From Azolla caroliniana (Eukaryota; Plantae; Polypodiophyta), in the NCBI GenBank assembly GCA_043228905.1, contig JBHGNT010000002.1, positions 23,374,001 through 23,438,000 on the forward strand: a DNA stretch of 64,000 nt. Reading direction: 5' to 3'. The notes under the pieces are model-generated. The model saw only the letters and a program-made list of their open reading frames with translations, was not told the origin of the DNA and ran no database searches. The translations under genes and the position numbers were made by a program. This document shows positions 37,969 through 52,500 of the stretch, piece by piece (within the stretch, counting starts at the first letter, position 1; every line of letters begins with the position of its first letter).

Positions 37969-38534
37969 TGTTGGAAGACAGGTCCCTCCGGATGGGAAGG
38001 GAGAAGAACAGTGCCGATGGGAAGGGAAACGGTATGAACCGGATGAGGAGTACCCGACTGCGGAGAGCCGGATGGAGCCCATCGAGGCTACACTTGTAAA
38101 TAGCCGAAAAGTCATATTAGTATAAATATGACTTAGGGCAAACTTTTAGTTTTTTTTGTGTGTGTGTAGTTGTCGTTGTTTTTGTGATTAATCCTTTTCT
38201 TGTTGGTGCAAGAAGAAATCAGAGCACGTAACTGTACAGAGAGAGAGAGAGAGAGACGAGGTCGTTGCCTCTGTTGTAACCGCCGCCTGTGGCGAAGATC
38301 TGAGAGCACGAGGTTGTTGCCTCAGTGATCTCACTGTTGTATATTTCTACATAGTGACAGTTTGCAGCTTGTGGGCTGCTGTGGTTTTTCCCCCTATTTT
38401 GGGGTTTTCCACGTATACCTCCTGTGTACCATTTCTTCTCTTTTGTGTCACGTTTCATTACCTGTTTTTCTGTGTATGTAAAGTTCCTCGGTTGTGGCCG
38501 AGTGTCGGACATAAGGAACGTCAAGTTCTCAACA
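37969..38534 (+). mobile_element. Copia solo LTR nested in a copia LTR, opposite orientation
   Basis: TGTTGG...CTCAACA, 5-bp TSD AGAGG. Confidence 0.88.
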
Positions 38535-38582
38535 AGAGGCAATGACCTCTTTCTCTCTCTCTGTCTCTGTACATTGTTACGT

Positions 38583-39222
38583 TATCGAGGTATTCCTCGC
38601 GGATGCGTGGAATGAGGCGGAACCTCGGGGGTCTTGTACCGAAGGGCAAGAGAGAAAGGAGAAGAGACCCACTACGGGCGAGAGCAGATTCACAGGGACA
38701 CGGCCCTTCGACACAAAGACGCGAGTGGGACAGCGACACACAGAGACACGAATGTATGTATGTATTAACAAAGACAAACAACAAAACACGAAGTCGGTTA
38801 CAACCGAACAGGCCGGCGAACAGATGTCGATGCCTGTTCGTAAACGCACAGAAAGGAAAGAGTATGTTGGAGGTGCTGCCGGAAGCACTCGGGCATTCCT
38901 CAGAGCAGCGCGAGCCTCCCGAAACCTGCACAGCAAGAAGCTACGGAGTTTGCGAGCCAGAGAGAGAGAGAAGCCTTCGCCCACAAACCGACAGCACTTC
39001 GTCCTCGACTCTCCGCGATCCCTTCCTCCTCCTCGTCCCCCTCCTTTTATAGGCAAGAAGGGAGCCGTTTCCTATTAACTTCCTACCTACCGAATCTACC
39101 TACCTAGGATCTTCCATGTCCCTAATTCTCTCCTATGTACAACACAAGGCGTGCGTGCATGAAGAGCCGGTTCCTATGCTTCGGCGCACTGATTCCGCTC
39201 GTGGACGGTTTTCTTCACGACA
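38583..39222 (-). mobile_element. Phygy-like solo LTR nested in a copia LTR
   Basis: Ends TTTTCTTCACGACA; 4-bp TSD ACGT. Confidence 0.85.
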
Positions 39223-40145
39223 ACGTGCTCTCTCTCTCCTTGCGCCAACAGAAATGACAACAACTCTCTCTGCATAATAAAGGTTTGCCCTAAGTCATAT
39301 TTATACTAATATGACTTTTCGGCTATTTACAAATATAGTCATCCGGTTCTCACCGGGTCTGCACCATCCGGCTCTCTGTAGCCGGGTACTCGTCATCCAG
39401 TTCTCACCGGGTCTGCACCATCCGGTTGTCCGTAGCCGGGTTCTCCTCATCCAGTTCTCACCGGGTCTGCACCATCCGGTTTTCCATAGCTGGGTACTCC
39501 TCATCCGGTTCTCACCGGGTCTGCACCATCCAGTTGTCCGTAGTCGGGTACTCCTCATCCGATTCTCACCAGGTCTGCACCATCCGGCTGTCCGTAGCCG
39601 AGTACTCCTCATCAGCAAATTGTTCTTCTCCCTTCCCATCTAGAGGGACCTGTCTCCCAACAAACTCCCCCTTCACTCCGGCATGGGGTGTCTTACTAGT
39701 CCGATCCTCTTCCGGCATGCATCCAACTTGTCGGGTATCAGCACTTTGGTCAGCATATCTGACCCATTCTCAGCCATGTGGATCTTCGTTAGGGCGAACT
39801 CCTGGTCATCTACTCTTTCCCGGATCCAATGATATCTTCGTTGGATATGCTTCATCCGGGAATGGTAGGCAGCATTCTTAGCAAGGTGGATGGCACTTTG
39901 ACTGTCGCAATAGAGCCGGTATTCATCTTGCCGGATACCGAGCTCTCCGATGAAGTCCTCCATCCATAATATTTCCTTGCCGGCTTCCACAACCGCCATG
40001 TACTCCGCCTCCGTGGTTGACAACGCAACCGTCTTCTGCAACCTCGACTGCCACGAAACAACTCCCCCTGCATATGTCATTACATACCCGGATGTAGACT
40101 GGCTGGTATCCACATCAGCCGACATGTCCAAATCGGTAAAACCGT

Positions 40146-43100
40146 TGTCGCGTTACTACACACGTGCGTGGAGAAACTAGGCGGGACCACCAGGGTCTTG
40201 AACCAAAGAGCAGGTGATAGAAGGGGAAAGAGAAAGAGAGAGACTCTCGGTTACGTATGAGCAAAGAAACACAGGGACACGGCCCTATCAATGCAGAAGA
40301 CACGAATGGACACAGAGACAGAGAGACATGAATGTTTGTATATTAACGAATGACAAATAAACAACAGAGCACGCAAGCGGTTACAACCGAACAGGCCGGC
40401 GAACAGATGCCGATGCCGGAAGCACACGGGCGTTCCTCGAAGCAGCGCGAGCCTCCCGAAAACCTGCAGAGAAGAGCGATAGAGAACGAACAAAGGAGAA
40501 GCGTTCGGTTTCGGTCCGACAGCACTTCTTCCTTCTCAAATAATAATATATCTTTTCACGTTGCGTCTCCCTCTCTTTTATAGCTTTAAGAAGGGAGCTG
40601 TTTCCCTCATTAACTTCCTACCTACCGAATCTAACTACCTAGGATATACCTTTGTACCTAATTCTCTATTATATACATTAAAGGGCGCGCACGCGTGAAG
40701 AGCCGAGCCGGTTCACGCGCGTTATGCACCGATTGCCCTAAGGGACGATTTTCTTCACGACATCCACCCCCACCTAACCGCGCATCCACCGGTATGCGCC
40801 AAAATTGGGTTCTGGTTGGAGAAAACCGGTCTGGGTTCCGGTTCCTCGTCCATCGGTTCGTCCTCCGTTTCGGACTGTTCGTCGTCGCTGTCCAGGCCTC
40901 TTAGATCCGGTTCGCCGTCGTGGCGCTTCTTGAACGCTTTGATCCGCTTCCCTACTACCGGTATCGCCATCCTCGTACCGTCGAGTTCCGCCAAGTGATA
41001 TATCCTGTTGTCGTTGGCGCTCGTTACCACGTAAGGCCCGAACCACCGCTTTGCAAACTTCCGTGTTGCCCAGTGCTGGTTGTCGAGGCTGCTGTCGTAG
41101 ACTAGCACCCAGTCGCCTTCCTCGATTTTCTTTGGTCGAACCGGGCTTTGTTCCTCATCCTCGTCGTCCGAAGTCTCTCCGCCGCTCGTTCCACGTCCTC
41201 TGGCCTCCGCTCGAGCTGTCATATTCGCGCCGCTAGCAGTTCTTCCCGGCTCATCTCGTCTCTCTAGTCCACCGTCGCCCAAGAGGAGATCGTCCATTCC
41301 ATTGGCATGATCGGCTTCTGTCCGAACATGAGCTCTGACGGCATGAACCCGGTTACCGAACTGTGCGTTGTCCGATCCGCCCACAAGGCATAAGGTAATA
41401 GTCGTGGCCAGTTCCCGACCTGGCCTCCGCACGCCCGGACTAGCGATTTGACGATCGGTCCGTGTCCGCGCTCCACCTTCCCGTTCGCCTCCAGATTGTA
41501 CGCTGTGGTGAGCGAGAGCTTGACCCCTAACCGGTTGAACAGCTCCTCGGCCTCTTCGGCGTCCAACCCTAAACCCGTAGCGGCATATCACGTCCTCGAT
41601 CAGGAACCGACACATGGTCGCGGTCGTTTTGTTCTGCAGGGCTCGGCCTTCCACCTGGTTCGTCAGGTCCTCTCGGGCCAGCACCAGATATCGCATCTGC
41701 CCTACGCCCATCGGCATCGTCACCAAATCTACCATCCATTTGAAGTGGATGGCCGGAGGGTATGTAGGGTGAAGCTTGTCCCGATGTCGCACTATGGAGT
41801 GTATCTGACAGCTCTCACAAGTTGTCACGAACCGATGCACGTCCCGGTACAGTCCCGGCCACCAATACTTCCCCTTTAGTTTCTCGAACGTGGCCCACGT
41901 CCCACGGTATCCAGCCCAGGGGCTGTCGTGGTAGGCCTTCAGCAACTCCTCCTGTTCCTCCTCCATCGCCACTACTCGGAGCGGGATGCCATTTCTCTTC
42001 TTCGGGTGCTTCCACAAGTATCCGTCCCAGAGAAAGAATCGGTACGCTTTCTTCCGGATCCAGTTGGCCTCGTCCTTTGTCCATGATGCGTCTGGCGTCA
42101 TCGTCCTCAAGAATCCCCCAATCTGCAGCCACTCCCCATCGTACTTGCTCTCGTTGAAATCGTTAAGCGCCCGAGTGCTCCCCCCCTCGGTTGTTACGTA
42201 AGCCGCCTCGAAGAAGTCCACGCCGACTTCCTCGTCCTCCGAAACCATGCCGCCCTCGTCGTCGAATCGCGCCCTCGAAAGCATGTCGGCCATGGCATTG
42301 TCTTTCCCAGAAATGTGTCGTATTTCCGGATCCAGGGACTTGATGTACGCTATCCACCTGAGCATTGCCAGGTCCGGGGTTGCGCATCCGGAAACCATGC
42401 CGAGAATCGGCAGGCAGTCCGTCTCGATAATCACCTCTGTCCCGATCAGATAGTCTTTGTCGGCCTTCACCGCCGAAACGATACCCCAGAGTTCGCGTTT
42501 AACCTGGGCGTATCCTCGTTGTCGCTCGTTGAGGACCTTCGCGCCGAACCAGATTGGGAACCGAATGCCTTCCTCATCTTCTTGGTTGACGACCCATCCG
42601 ATCCCGGTCGGACTTGTATCTACCGTTATGTAGATGGGAATGCCTTTCTCGTACACAACCTTCCGGAGTGCCGGAGCTGCAGCAAGAGCCTCCTTCATCT
42701 TTTGGACCAACTCCGTATGCTCGTCTCGCCATTCGAATTTTCGCCCCTTTTTTAGCAACCCGTATAGCGACTCGGCAACGTGGGCGTAATGCGGGATCCA
42801 TATGTGGTAGAATGTGCATGCTCCCAAGAACCTCCGTACCTCCGTGACCGAGTTACAATCGGGCTTCATTGCGGAGATGGCTTCCACCTTAGCCGGAGAC
42901 GGTTTCCGGCCATATGGTCCGCATAGATGTCCGACGACCATGATCTCTAATTGTCCGAAGGCCGATTTCTCCCCGGAGAAGGTGAGCCTCGCGTCCTCTA
43001 GCCTCTGCAGCACCCTCTCACAGTCGTCAATGTGTGTCGCCACGAATTTCCGGGATCCGTCCGGTCCGATCGTTTCGTCCCTTTCCTCCACCGGACATCC

Positions 43101-46100
43101 CTTGATCGGGATGTCGTCCAAGAATGGCATGGTGATGTCCGGGATACAATCCCTCAGCACCTTGTTCATCGCATTCACCATGTGGGCCACCGAGTTCGTC
43201 CCTTCTTGTGGCAGGGTACACATCCGCACTAGGCCGAGAGGAGTTCGCATCGTCGTAATGTCTCTGCTCTCTACGGCTAGTTGGAACTAATCGTACCCCG
43301 AGTACAGATCACCGACCGAGTAGATCGACCTTCCGGCGAAGGCCTCCCCGAACTCATCTATCGTTGGTCCGATTCCTGTGTTCCGAATGGTCACTCTGTT
43401 CTTGAATGAAGCGCAACGTCCCGTTCTTCTTCGGTATGGTAAACCACCGGTTCGAGTACGGGGCACTCGACGGTTCAAGGATGCCCATATCGACTTTCTG
43501 CCTCAATAGCTCCATCAGCTCCGGGATGTGAGCTCTCGGTACCAGAATTGGTTTGAGATTCCACGGCACATGCGGTACCGTGAATATCACCATTGGCTTC
43601 ACGACTGTCGGGTCTACGCACCCGATCTCTTCCGGTGAGAATGCGAAGGCTTTCCCGTGCCTTCCGAGCATTCTCCGAAACCGGTCTTCTTCCGCCAGCA
43701 GTAGGAACCCGCCCCCACCGATTTTGAGCTCCCGTAGCGTTCTGTCGGTGAAGGTGTGTCCTATGCAGGCCAGATCTCGTAAACTGGGGTCCGACGCGAC
43801 CCCCTTGATTCGCAACTCGCTGCCCTCCGGTAAGGGTGCCACGATTGGCCTTACCTTCCAGTCCACAGTCTTGTACTTCGTGTTAACCCGAGCCGCCCGA
43901 TCCAACTCGAGCCCTTGACTGAAGTCCGCGATGACTTCGTACATCTCTTCTGAACAAACCGGTATCGTCCGGTCCTCTTTAAGGCCCTCTCCGACCACCT
44001 CTCGCAGTATTCCCAAGGTATCGTCGAAGGAGACCGCCTCCACGACTCCGTTGATTTCCTCGCTGGGCCCGAGAACTCCACACGCCCGAAGTCGCTCTTC
44101 CGCCCTTGTCTTTTCTCGGCCAACGACGCCAACTATCGTACACCCTCCGTTGTCGGAGAAACAAAACTTCCTACTTATGGTACAAGGTTTCTTCGGTTTC
44201 GCCTCTATCGTACATTGGTGGGGCTTTCCCAGAGTGTCCGGACTATCGCGGCCCCACGCCTTGACAGCCCTCTCTAAAAATCCTCTCGGTTCTCGCCACC
44301 GAGGGACTCGCTGTTTCGCTCGTGGTTTGGTCGCACCGTCAGGAACTGGACTGAATGACGTCCGTCTTGACTCTTGACCCTCACGTAAGCCGACCCGTTG
44401 TCCAGCACCTTGGTCTCCATCCGTGCTGTTGTAATGTACGGTTCTCCCAGTATGACCGGGTGCGAGGACGTCTCCTACACAAAGAAGTGTTGGTCTATCT
44501 CGATGTCGCCGATCTTGACTCGCACGTTTGGGCAGGCCCCGTGTAGTTCCTCGGTGGCGCGCGTCGCCGCCCGTATCTTCCACCTGTGCTTTGTGTTGAC
44601 CGGCCATTTCCCCTTCTTGTAGAAGTCCATGGACATCAGGTTTATTTCCAAACCGTGGTCCACCAGCGCCACCACCGGTTCCTGAACATCTCCGATCTTC
44701 ACCGGGGTTTCCGTGGTCACTCGGGCCCAGTGTGGCCTCGAATAGTGGCTCTCCGCCCACTCGTCTTCCAACGCCATGTCCTCTATGTGCGTCGTTCGCA
44801 CCTCCACCAGCCTTTCCGGTTCTGTCTCCGTCGACAGCCTCTTCCTCTTCACCAAGTCTACGATGGAGTCGTGGAACTCCTTCTTGGCGATTCTAAGCAC
44901 CTCCTGCAACGACAGTTCCACCTTGTTGTCGAGGATTCGTTCTTCTAGGACCTTCGTAGGTCCGTGGTCCTTTCGATCTCCGTGCCCAACCGGTATCCGC
45001 CCTTCTTGTGGTTATCCCGGGCACTGGTCTCACCGGCCTCGTTCCGTTTCGGCCCGAATCGGGTTTCGTATCTCTGTGAGGGTCCAGCCCCTCCGGTTTT
45101 ACCCACCCGTTTGTCTTCAACCAGAGCCTCATAGTTCTGCCAAGCTGCTTCGACGAAACCCGTCTTTTCTTCGACCGGGTCACTCCACCCAGTTACCTCC
45201 TTGACCCGCTTCTCCGCGCAGTCCGCCTCGTCTTTCCTTAGTCAGGCACCGGTGAGGCCTTCCAGCATCGTCGGCCAGAACCCGGCTTTGCTCTCCTTCC
45301 GGGCCTCGCTGCCTCCGACCCAAACACCGGCTGACGACGAGTAGTGGACGGTCTCTGCGTGTCGGGCCGCCGCCTCTTCCATCAGCCTTTTCATTCCTCC
45401 TCGCCCGTCGTTCTGGTTCAGGGCCCTCCGGGTATCGCTTGCGTGCACCCGACCTTCCCACAAGTACACTACCCGGCTTCTCAAAGCCTCAGCAAAGTCC
45501 CCGCAATCTTTCTGGATGTGGCCGACCTCGTCGCACCACATGCACCTATTTCCTGCCGGAGGCTGTCGGTCACAAGCTTGTTCATCGCCTTCCCTCCGAG
45601 CCTGGGCGATCTGGAGATCCTTTACCGCCCGTGTCAACTCCTCCAAAGCTGTTCCCCCGGACGAGCCTCCGACCACGTCGATCGAAGCCGAACCGGTTTC
45701 GAGCCACTCTCGGGTCTCTTCCCTTCGCGCATGTGGTATCAGTTCAAGCTTCCTTGCTGCGACAGGGCCCGCCCCTGTATCAGCCCACTCCCACCGTTTC
45801 TCAAAACGGCCACAGACTCTTTTTACCGCGGCCTAGTCGGTCGTCAGCCCGTCTTCGGTTTCCAATAAGGAGCCCACTTGCTCCCGATCCCGTGCGTCAA
45901 CCGATCTGACAAACAGTAGGACACGACTTGTGTCCAAAACGGTTTGATCGAGCGCCGAAAGGCGCGCAAAGCGTTCCTCAAACTCCCGGAAGAGTACCGA
46001 CGCATTTCTTCCTTTGTTGGGGGACTCCACCCACTCCATGAAGCCCCGCTTCGAAAGCCGAAGCGCGTCATCCAGCCCGTATTTCTCCAGGAGCCGTACT

Positions 46101-47095
46101 TCGAACTCCTCCCAGGTCCGGCTCTCCGCTCGGACCTCGAGCACCTCCGCATGGATGCCCGGCATCGCCACTCAAGGGAATCCGGCAAGACGCCTCTCTT
46201 CCGGAATATCCCTCATCAACATCTCCGCTCGGTAGGACGCCAAATAACTCGTGGCATCCTTTCCACTGAACCGGTCGATCGTACCGACGATCGCCTCAAT
46301 AGCCCTGTCAAGGGCGTCGGTGCCCTCGCGCGCGCTCACTATCTGGTCCACGGCCGAAGCCATGGCCTCTGCAAGATCCGACCCCCTCATCTTCTGCTCC
46401 TCTGCCGCCTTGTTCACGTCGGGTTCACCAAAGATGTCGCGTTACTACGCACGTGCGTGGAGAAACGAGGCGGGACCACCGGGGTCTTGAACCAAAGAGC
46501 AGGTGATAGAAGGGGAAAGAGAAAGAGAGAGACTCTCGGTTATGTATGAGCAAAGAAACACAGGGACACGGCCCTGTCAACGCAGAAGACACGAATGGAC
46601 ACAGAGACAGAGAGACATGAATGTTTGTATATTAACGAATGACAAATAAACAACAGAGCACGCGAGCGGTTACAACCGAACAGGCCGGCGAACAGATGTT
46701 GATGCCTGCTCGTCTGCGCACGAAAGGGGGATAGGGATAGGATGGAGGTGCTACCGGAAGCACACGAGCGTTCCTCGAAGCGGCGCGAGCCTCCCGAAAA
46801 CCTGCAGAGAAGAGCGATGGAGAACAAACATAGGAGAAGCGTTCGGTTTCGGTTCGACAGCACTTCGTCCTCCTCAAATAATAATATATCTTTTCACGTT
46901 GCGTCTCTCTCTCTTTTATAGGTTCAAGAAGGGAGCCATTTCCCTCATTAACTTCCTACCTACCAAATCTAACTACCTAGGATATACCTTTGTACCTAAT
47001 TCTCTATTATATACATTAAAGGGTGCACACGCGTGAAGAGCCGATTCACGCGCGTTATGCACCGATTGCGCTAAGGGACGGTTTTCTTCACGACA
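40146..47095 (-). mobile_element. Near full-length Phygy-like gypsy element; LTRs 46435-47095 and 40146-40762
   Basis: 4-bp TSD CCGT, tRNA-Trp PBS, gag-PR 46417-44275, RT (PFLDDIP)/RNase H/INT to ~40830, PPT; frameshifts and stops. Confidence 0.93.
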
Positions 47096-49562
47096 CCGTC
47101 AAGTTGAGGTTTTCCGGAGCCAAATCGGAGACACATATTCGAAGTGCCCTTCAAGTACCGGAGTATCCATTTGACCGCTTTCTAGTGCTCCTTGTCGGGA
47201 TTGCTCATGAACCGGCTCACCACTCCGACTGCGTATCCTATATCCGGTCGGGTACACACCATTGCGTACATTAAGCTCCCGACGGCAGAGGCATATGGAA
47301 CCTTCGTCATATCAGCCTTCTCTGCTTTCATCTTCGGACTTTGCTTACCGGATAACCTGCAGTTTGTCGGGAGTGTCGATCCGACCAGTTTCGCATCTGA
47401 CATGTTGAACCGGTGAAGCACCTTTGTCACGTACTTCTCCTATGACAGCCACAATTGCTTCGTTGACCGGTTCCGGATAATGTGCATCCCCAGCATCTGT
47501 CTTGCCAGACCCAAGTCTTTCATTGAGAAGGTCCGGTTGAGAGCCTTCTTCAGCATCCGTATTTTTGCTTGGTCCCGTCCGACAATCAACATGTCGTCCA
47601 CGTACAGAAGGAGTACCAGGAAGTCGCCTCCTTCAAACTTCTTCACAAACACGCAGTGATCGGCCTGCGTCTTGTGGTACCTTTGATCGGTCATGAAGGA
47701 GTCAAACTTCCGGTACCATTGTCGGGGAGCCTACTTCAATCCGTACAGGCTCTTCTTCAACCGGCATATCAGGTGCTCCTTCCCTTTCTCCACGAATCCT
47801 TCCGGTTGCTACATGTAGATCTCCTCTTCGAGGTCGCCGTGAAGGAATGTCGTCTTCACGTCCAGCTGCTCTACCTCGAGGTCCATGCTTGCCGCTATAC
47901 TCAGCACCGTCCGGATGGAGGTCATCTTTACTACCGGGGCAAATATCTCGTCGAAGTCCACGCCCTTCTACTGTTGGAACCCCTTCACCACGATCCTGGC
48001 TTTGTATCTCGGGGGGTTGCCAGCATCTCCCGGTTTCAACTTGTAGACCCACTTATTTCGGAGTGCCCGCTTTCCTTTCGGCAACTTCACCAATTCATAC
48101 ATATGGTTCTCATGCAGGGAATCCAACTTATCCTGCATGGCACTTAACCATTTTCGGCTGTGGGTGTCATCCTTCGCTTCTTCGAAGCTTTCTGGCTCCC
48201 CCTCATCGGTTAACAGCACATGCTCTGCATCCGGAAATCTCCGGGGGGGCCTTCTCTCGCTGAGAGGATATCTCCGTCTTTGGGCTTCGGTAACCGGCTC
48301 CCCCATTTGCTCTTCATCCAAATCCCATTCGGGGTCTTGGCCGGTTCCGGTTTCGGCTTCCTCTACTTCTTCTTCTGCCGGTCCTGTATCCTCACCGTAA
48401 CCGGCTGGTTCCTCGAGTGCTAACCGGTCTCTTGCCGGTTGGGTCTGTTCATCGTAGAATCAATCCTTACCGGTCGACTTGGAGTTCATTATCTTCTTCT
48501 CCGACTCCTAGTCGGTGAGCGTCTTGTCCTACATGAAGATAATATCTCGACTCCGGAATACCTTCTTGTCGACCAGGTCCCACACTCGGTAGCCGAACTC
48601 ATCGTCGCCATAACCGAGGAATATGCATGGCCGGGTCTTTTGATCTAACTTTCCTCTCCGGTCCTTAGCTACATGCACGTACGCGAGACACCCGAATACC
48701 TTCAGATGCCGATAGGACACTTCCTTACCCATCCATACTCTCTGTGGCATGTCTCCGTCCAAGGGTACTGAGGGTGATCTGTTTATCACATATGTTGCCT
48801 CAGCCCAAAACTTCTTGGGTAGTTTTGCATGCGCTAGCATACTCCGGACCCTCTCCATTATGGTCCGGTTCATCCTCTCGGCTAGCCCGTTTAGTTCCGG
48901 CGTCTTCGGCACGGTAAATTCGAGCCGGATTCCCTTCGAGCGACAGTACTCCTCGAACTGCCCTCGGTATTCACCTCCGTTATCTGCTCGAACCGCCTTC
49001 AGCTTCCAGCCGGTTTCTCTTTCCGCTCTCACGTGGAGCTCTTTGAAGACGGATAACACCTGATCCTTCGTCTTCAACGGTGTGGCCCACAACTTCCGGT
49101 TGTGGTCATCTATGAACGTCACGAAGTACTACGATCCTGCATGTGACTTCGTGTCCACTTGACACACATCAGTATGCACCAACTCCAGTGGTGCATTACG
49201 TCTCATCGGTGGCCTTGGTCGGAAGGAGGTCCAATTTTGCTTACTAGCCAGACAATCAGTGCACTTCTCCAAGTGCACGTTCTTCACTGGAATGAGGTTG
49301 TCTTCTGCAAGCCTCTTCATCCCCTTCTCACTCATGTGACACAACCTCTTGTGCCACAGCTCACCGGCAGTGTCGGATGCCACGTTCACTTCCTCTAGAC
49401 ATAACCGGGCATTCATCAGGTACAGTGTGTTGACCTTCCGGGCCCGAGCCACAATCAGGCTCCCCTTGCTGAACTTCATAACACCGTTCCGGATGCTACC
49501 CGTGTAGCCTTCATCATCTACCCGACCGGCTAATATCAGGTTCAGACGAACCTCCGAAACGT

Positions 49563-52500
49563 TGTCGTGAAGAAAACCGTCCCTAGGCGCAAACCGTGTA
49601 TAGTATGTGTGAACCGGCCCTTACATGTGGGCACGTCCCTTGTCGTATAGTAGATAGGTAGGCACAAAGGTTAAATCCTAGGTAGCAATATTCTATAAGG
49701 GAAATCAAGGAGTATCTCTATCCGAAAGGACAGAGAATTAATGTGATGTAAACGGGTGAAACGGCCTCCCTCCTTGAGCTATAAAAGAGAGGGAGACGGG
49801 GGAGAGAAGATATCGCGCGCTAGAAGGAACGAAGTGATGTCGGACTGGGACCGAGCTCTTCTTCTTTGTCGTTCTCCATAGCTTTCTTTTGCGCAGGTTC
49901 TCAAGAGGCTGATTCTGCTCCGTGGAACGCCCGTGTGCTTCCGGCAGAATCTCCATCTTGCTCTCATGTGTGCGTGGGTGACCAGGTGTCGGCATCCACC
50001 TCGCCGACCTGATCGGCTGTAACCGTTCGAGTCGTCTGCATACATACAAATACATGCCTATATTTACATACATACTCTAGTGTTCTCAACTCGCGTCTCC
50101 TATGTTGTTGTGCCACGTCCCCATGCGCTTCTTTGTCTATACGTGAGTGAGCGTCTCTCTCTCTCTCTCTCTCTCTCTCCCTCTCTCTCTCTTTTCCTCA
50201 CCTATTCCTCGGTCCAAGACCCCAGTGGTCCCGCCTTGTTCTCCACGCACGCGCGTAACAACGCGACATATTTGGTGAACCTGACGTGAACAGGCGGCAA
50301 AGGAGTAGAAGATGAGGGGGTCGGACCTCGCAGAAGCCATGGCTTCGGTTGTGGACCGTATAGTGAGTGCGCGCGAAGGCACCAGCGCCCTTGATTGGGC
50401 TATCGAGGCGGTTGTTGATACGATCGGCCAGTTTAGTGGGAAGGATGCCACGAGCTACTTGGCGTCCTACCGGGCTGAGATGGTAATGAGGGATATTCCG
50501 GAAGAGAGGCGTCTAGCCGGATTCCCTCGAGTGGTGATGTTGGGCATCCATACGGAGGTGCTCGAGGTACGGGCCGAGAGCCGGACCTAGGAGGAGTTCG
50601 AAGGTCGGCTCCTCGAAAGATACGGGCTTGAAGATGCGCTTCGACTTTCAAAGCGGGACTTCATGGAGTGGGTGGAGACCCCCGACAAAGGAAGAAACGC
50701 GTCAGTGCTCCTTCGGGAGTTTGAGGAACGCTTCGCGCGCCTCTCGGTGCTTGACCGGACCGTTCTGGACACAAGCCGTGTCCTATTGTTTGTTAAGTCG
50801 GTTGACGAGCGGGATCGGGTGCAGGTAGGCCTCCTATTGGAGATTGATTACGGGCTGACGGCCGACTGGGCCGTGGTGAAAAGGGTCTGTGGCCGTTTTG
50901 ACAAACAACGGGAATGGGTTGACAAAGGATCGACAGGGGCGGGCTCTGTCGCAGCAAGGAAGCTCAAGCCAACACCACCAACGCGAAGGGAAGAGACCCA
51001 AGATTGGCTCGAGACCGGGTCGGCTTCAACCGGCATGGTCAAGGGCTCGTCCGGGGGAGCAGCTCTGGAGGAGCTAACGCGGATGGTAAAGGATCTCCAG
51101 ATCGCCAAGGCACGGAGGGATGGTGGCGAACAGGCCCGTGACCGACGTCCTCTGGCTGAAAACATGTGCATGTGGTGTGACGCGGTTGGGCACATCCGGA
51201 AGGACTACGGGGACTTCGCTGAGGCGATGAGAAGCAACGTGGTCTACCTGTGGAACGGTCGGGTGCACGCCAGCGAGACCCGAAGGGCCCTGAACCTGAA
51301 CGTCCGGCGAGGGGGTATGAAAAGGCTGATGGAGAAGGTGGCGGCTCATCATGCGGAGACCGTCCACTACTCGGCGTCAGCTGGTATTCGGGTCGAAGGT
51401 GGCGAGGCCCCGAAGACGAACAAAGCCAGGTTCTGGCCGACAATGCTGGAAGGCCTCGCCGGTGCACGGCTAAGGAAAGAAGAGGCGGACCGCACGGAAA
51501 AACGGGTCCGGGAGGTAACCGGGTGGAGTGACCCGGTGGAAGAAAAGACGGGCTTCGTCGAAGCCGATTGTCAAAACTATGAGGTTCTGGTGGAGGACAA
51601 GTGGGTAGGGAAAACCGGAGGGGCCAGGCCCTCACAGCGATATGAAACTCGATTCGGGCAAAGATGGAATGAGGCCGGTATAACGGGCGCCCAGGATAAT
51701 CCCAAGAAGGGCGGGTACCGGCTGGGCACAGAAATCGAAAGATCCACGGACCTGCGAAAGGTCCTGGAAGAACGAATCCTCGACAGCAAGGTGGAACTGT
51801 CACTGAGGGAAGTGCTTGGGATCGTCAAGAAGGAGTTCCACGACTCCATCGTAGACTTGGTGAAGAGGAAGAGGCTGTCGACGGAGACGGAACCGGAGAA
51901 GCCGATGGAGGTGCGGACGACGCACATAGAGGACATGGCGCTAGAAGACGAGTTGGCGGAGAGCCACTATTCGAGGCCGCACTGGGCCAGAGCGACCACG
52001 GAGACCCCCGTGAAGATCGGAGATGTTCATGAACCGGTGGTGGCGTTGGTGGACCATGGTTCAGAAATCAATTTGATGTCCATGGACTTCTATAAGAAGG
52101 GAAAATGGCCGATCAACACCAAGCACGGGTGGAAAATACGTGCAGCGACGCGTGCCACCGAAGAGCTGCATGGCACCTGCCCGAATGTACGAGTAAAGAT
52201 CGGCGATGTCGAGATTGACCAGCACTTCTTCGTACAGGAGACGTCCTCACATCCGGTTATACTAGGAGAACCGTACATCACGGCAGCACGGATGGAGACC
52301 AAGGTGCTGGACAACGGCTCGGCCTATGCAAGGGTCAAGAGCCAGGATGGGTGTCACTCGGTCCAGTTCCTGACGGTGAGACTGAACCATGAGCGGAACC
52401 GCAAGACCCTCGGGGGCGAAAGTTGAGAGGATTTTTAGAGAGGGCTATCAAGGCGTGGGGCCGCGATAGTCCGGACACTTCGGGAAAACCCCACAAGTGT

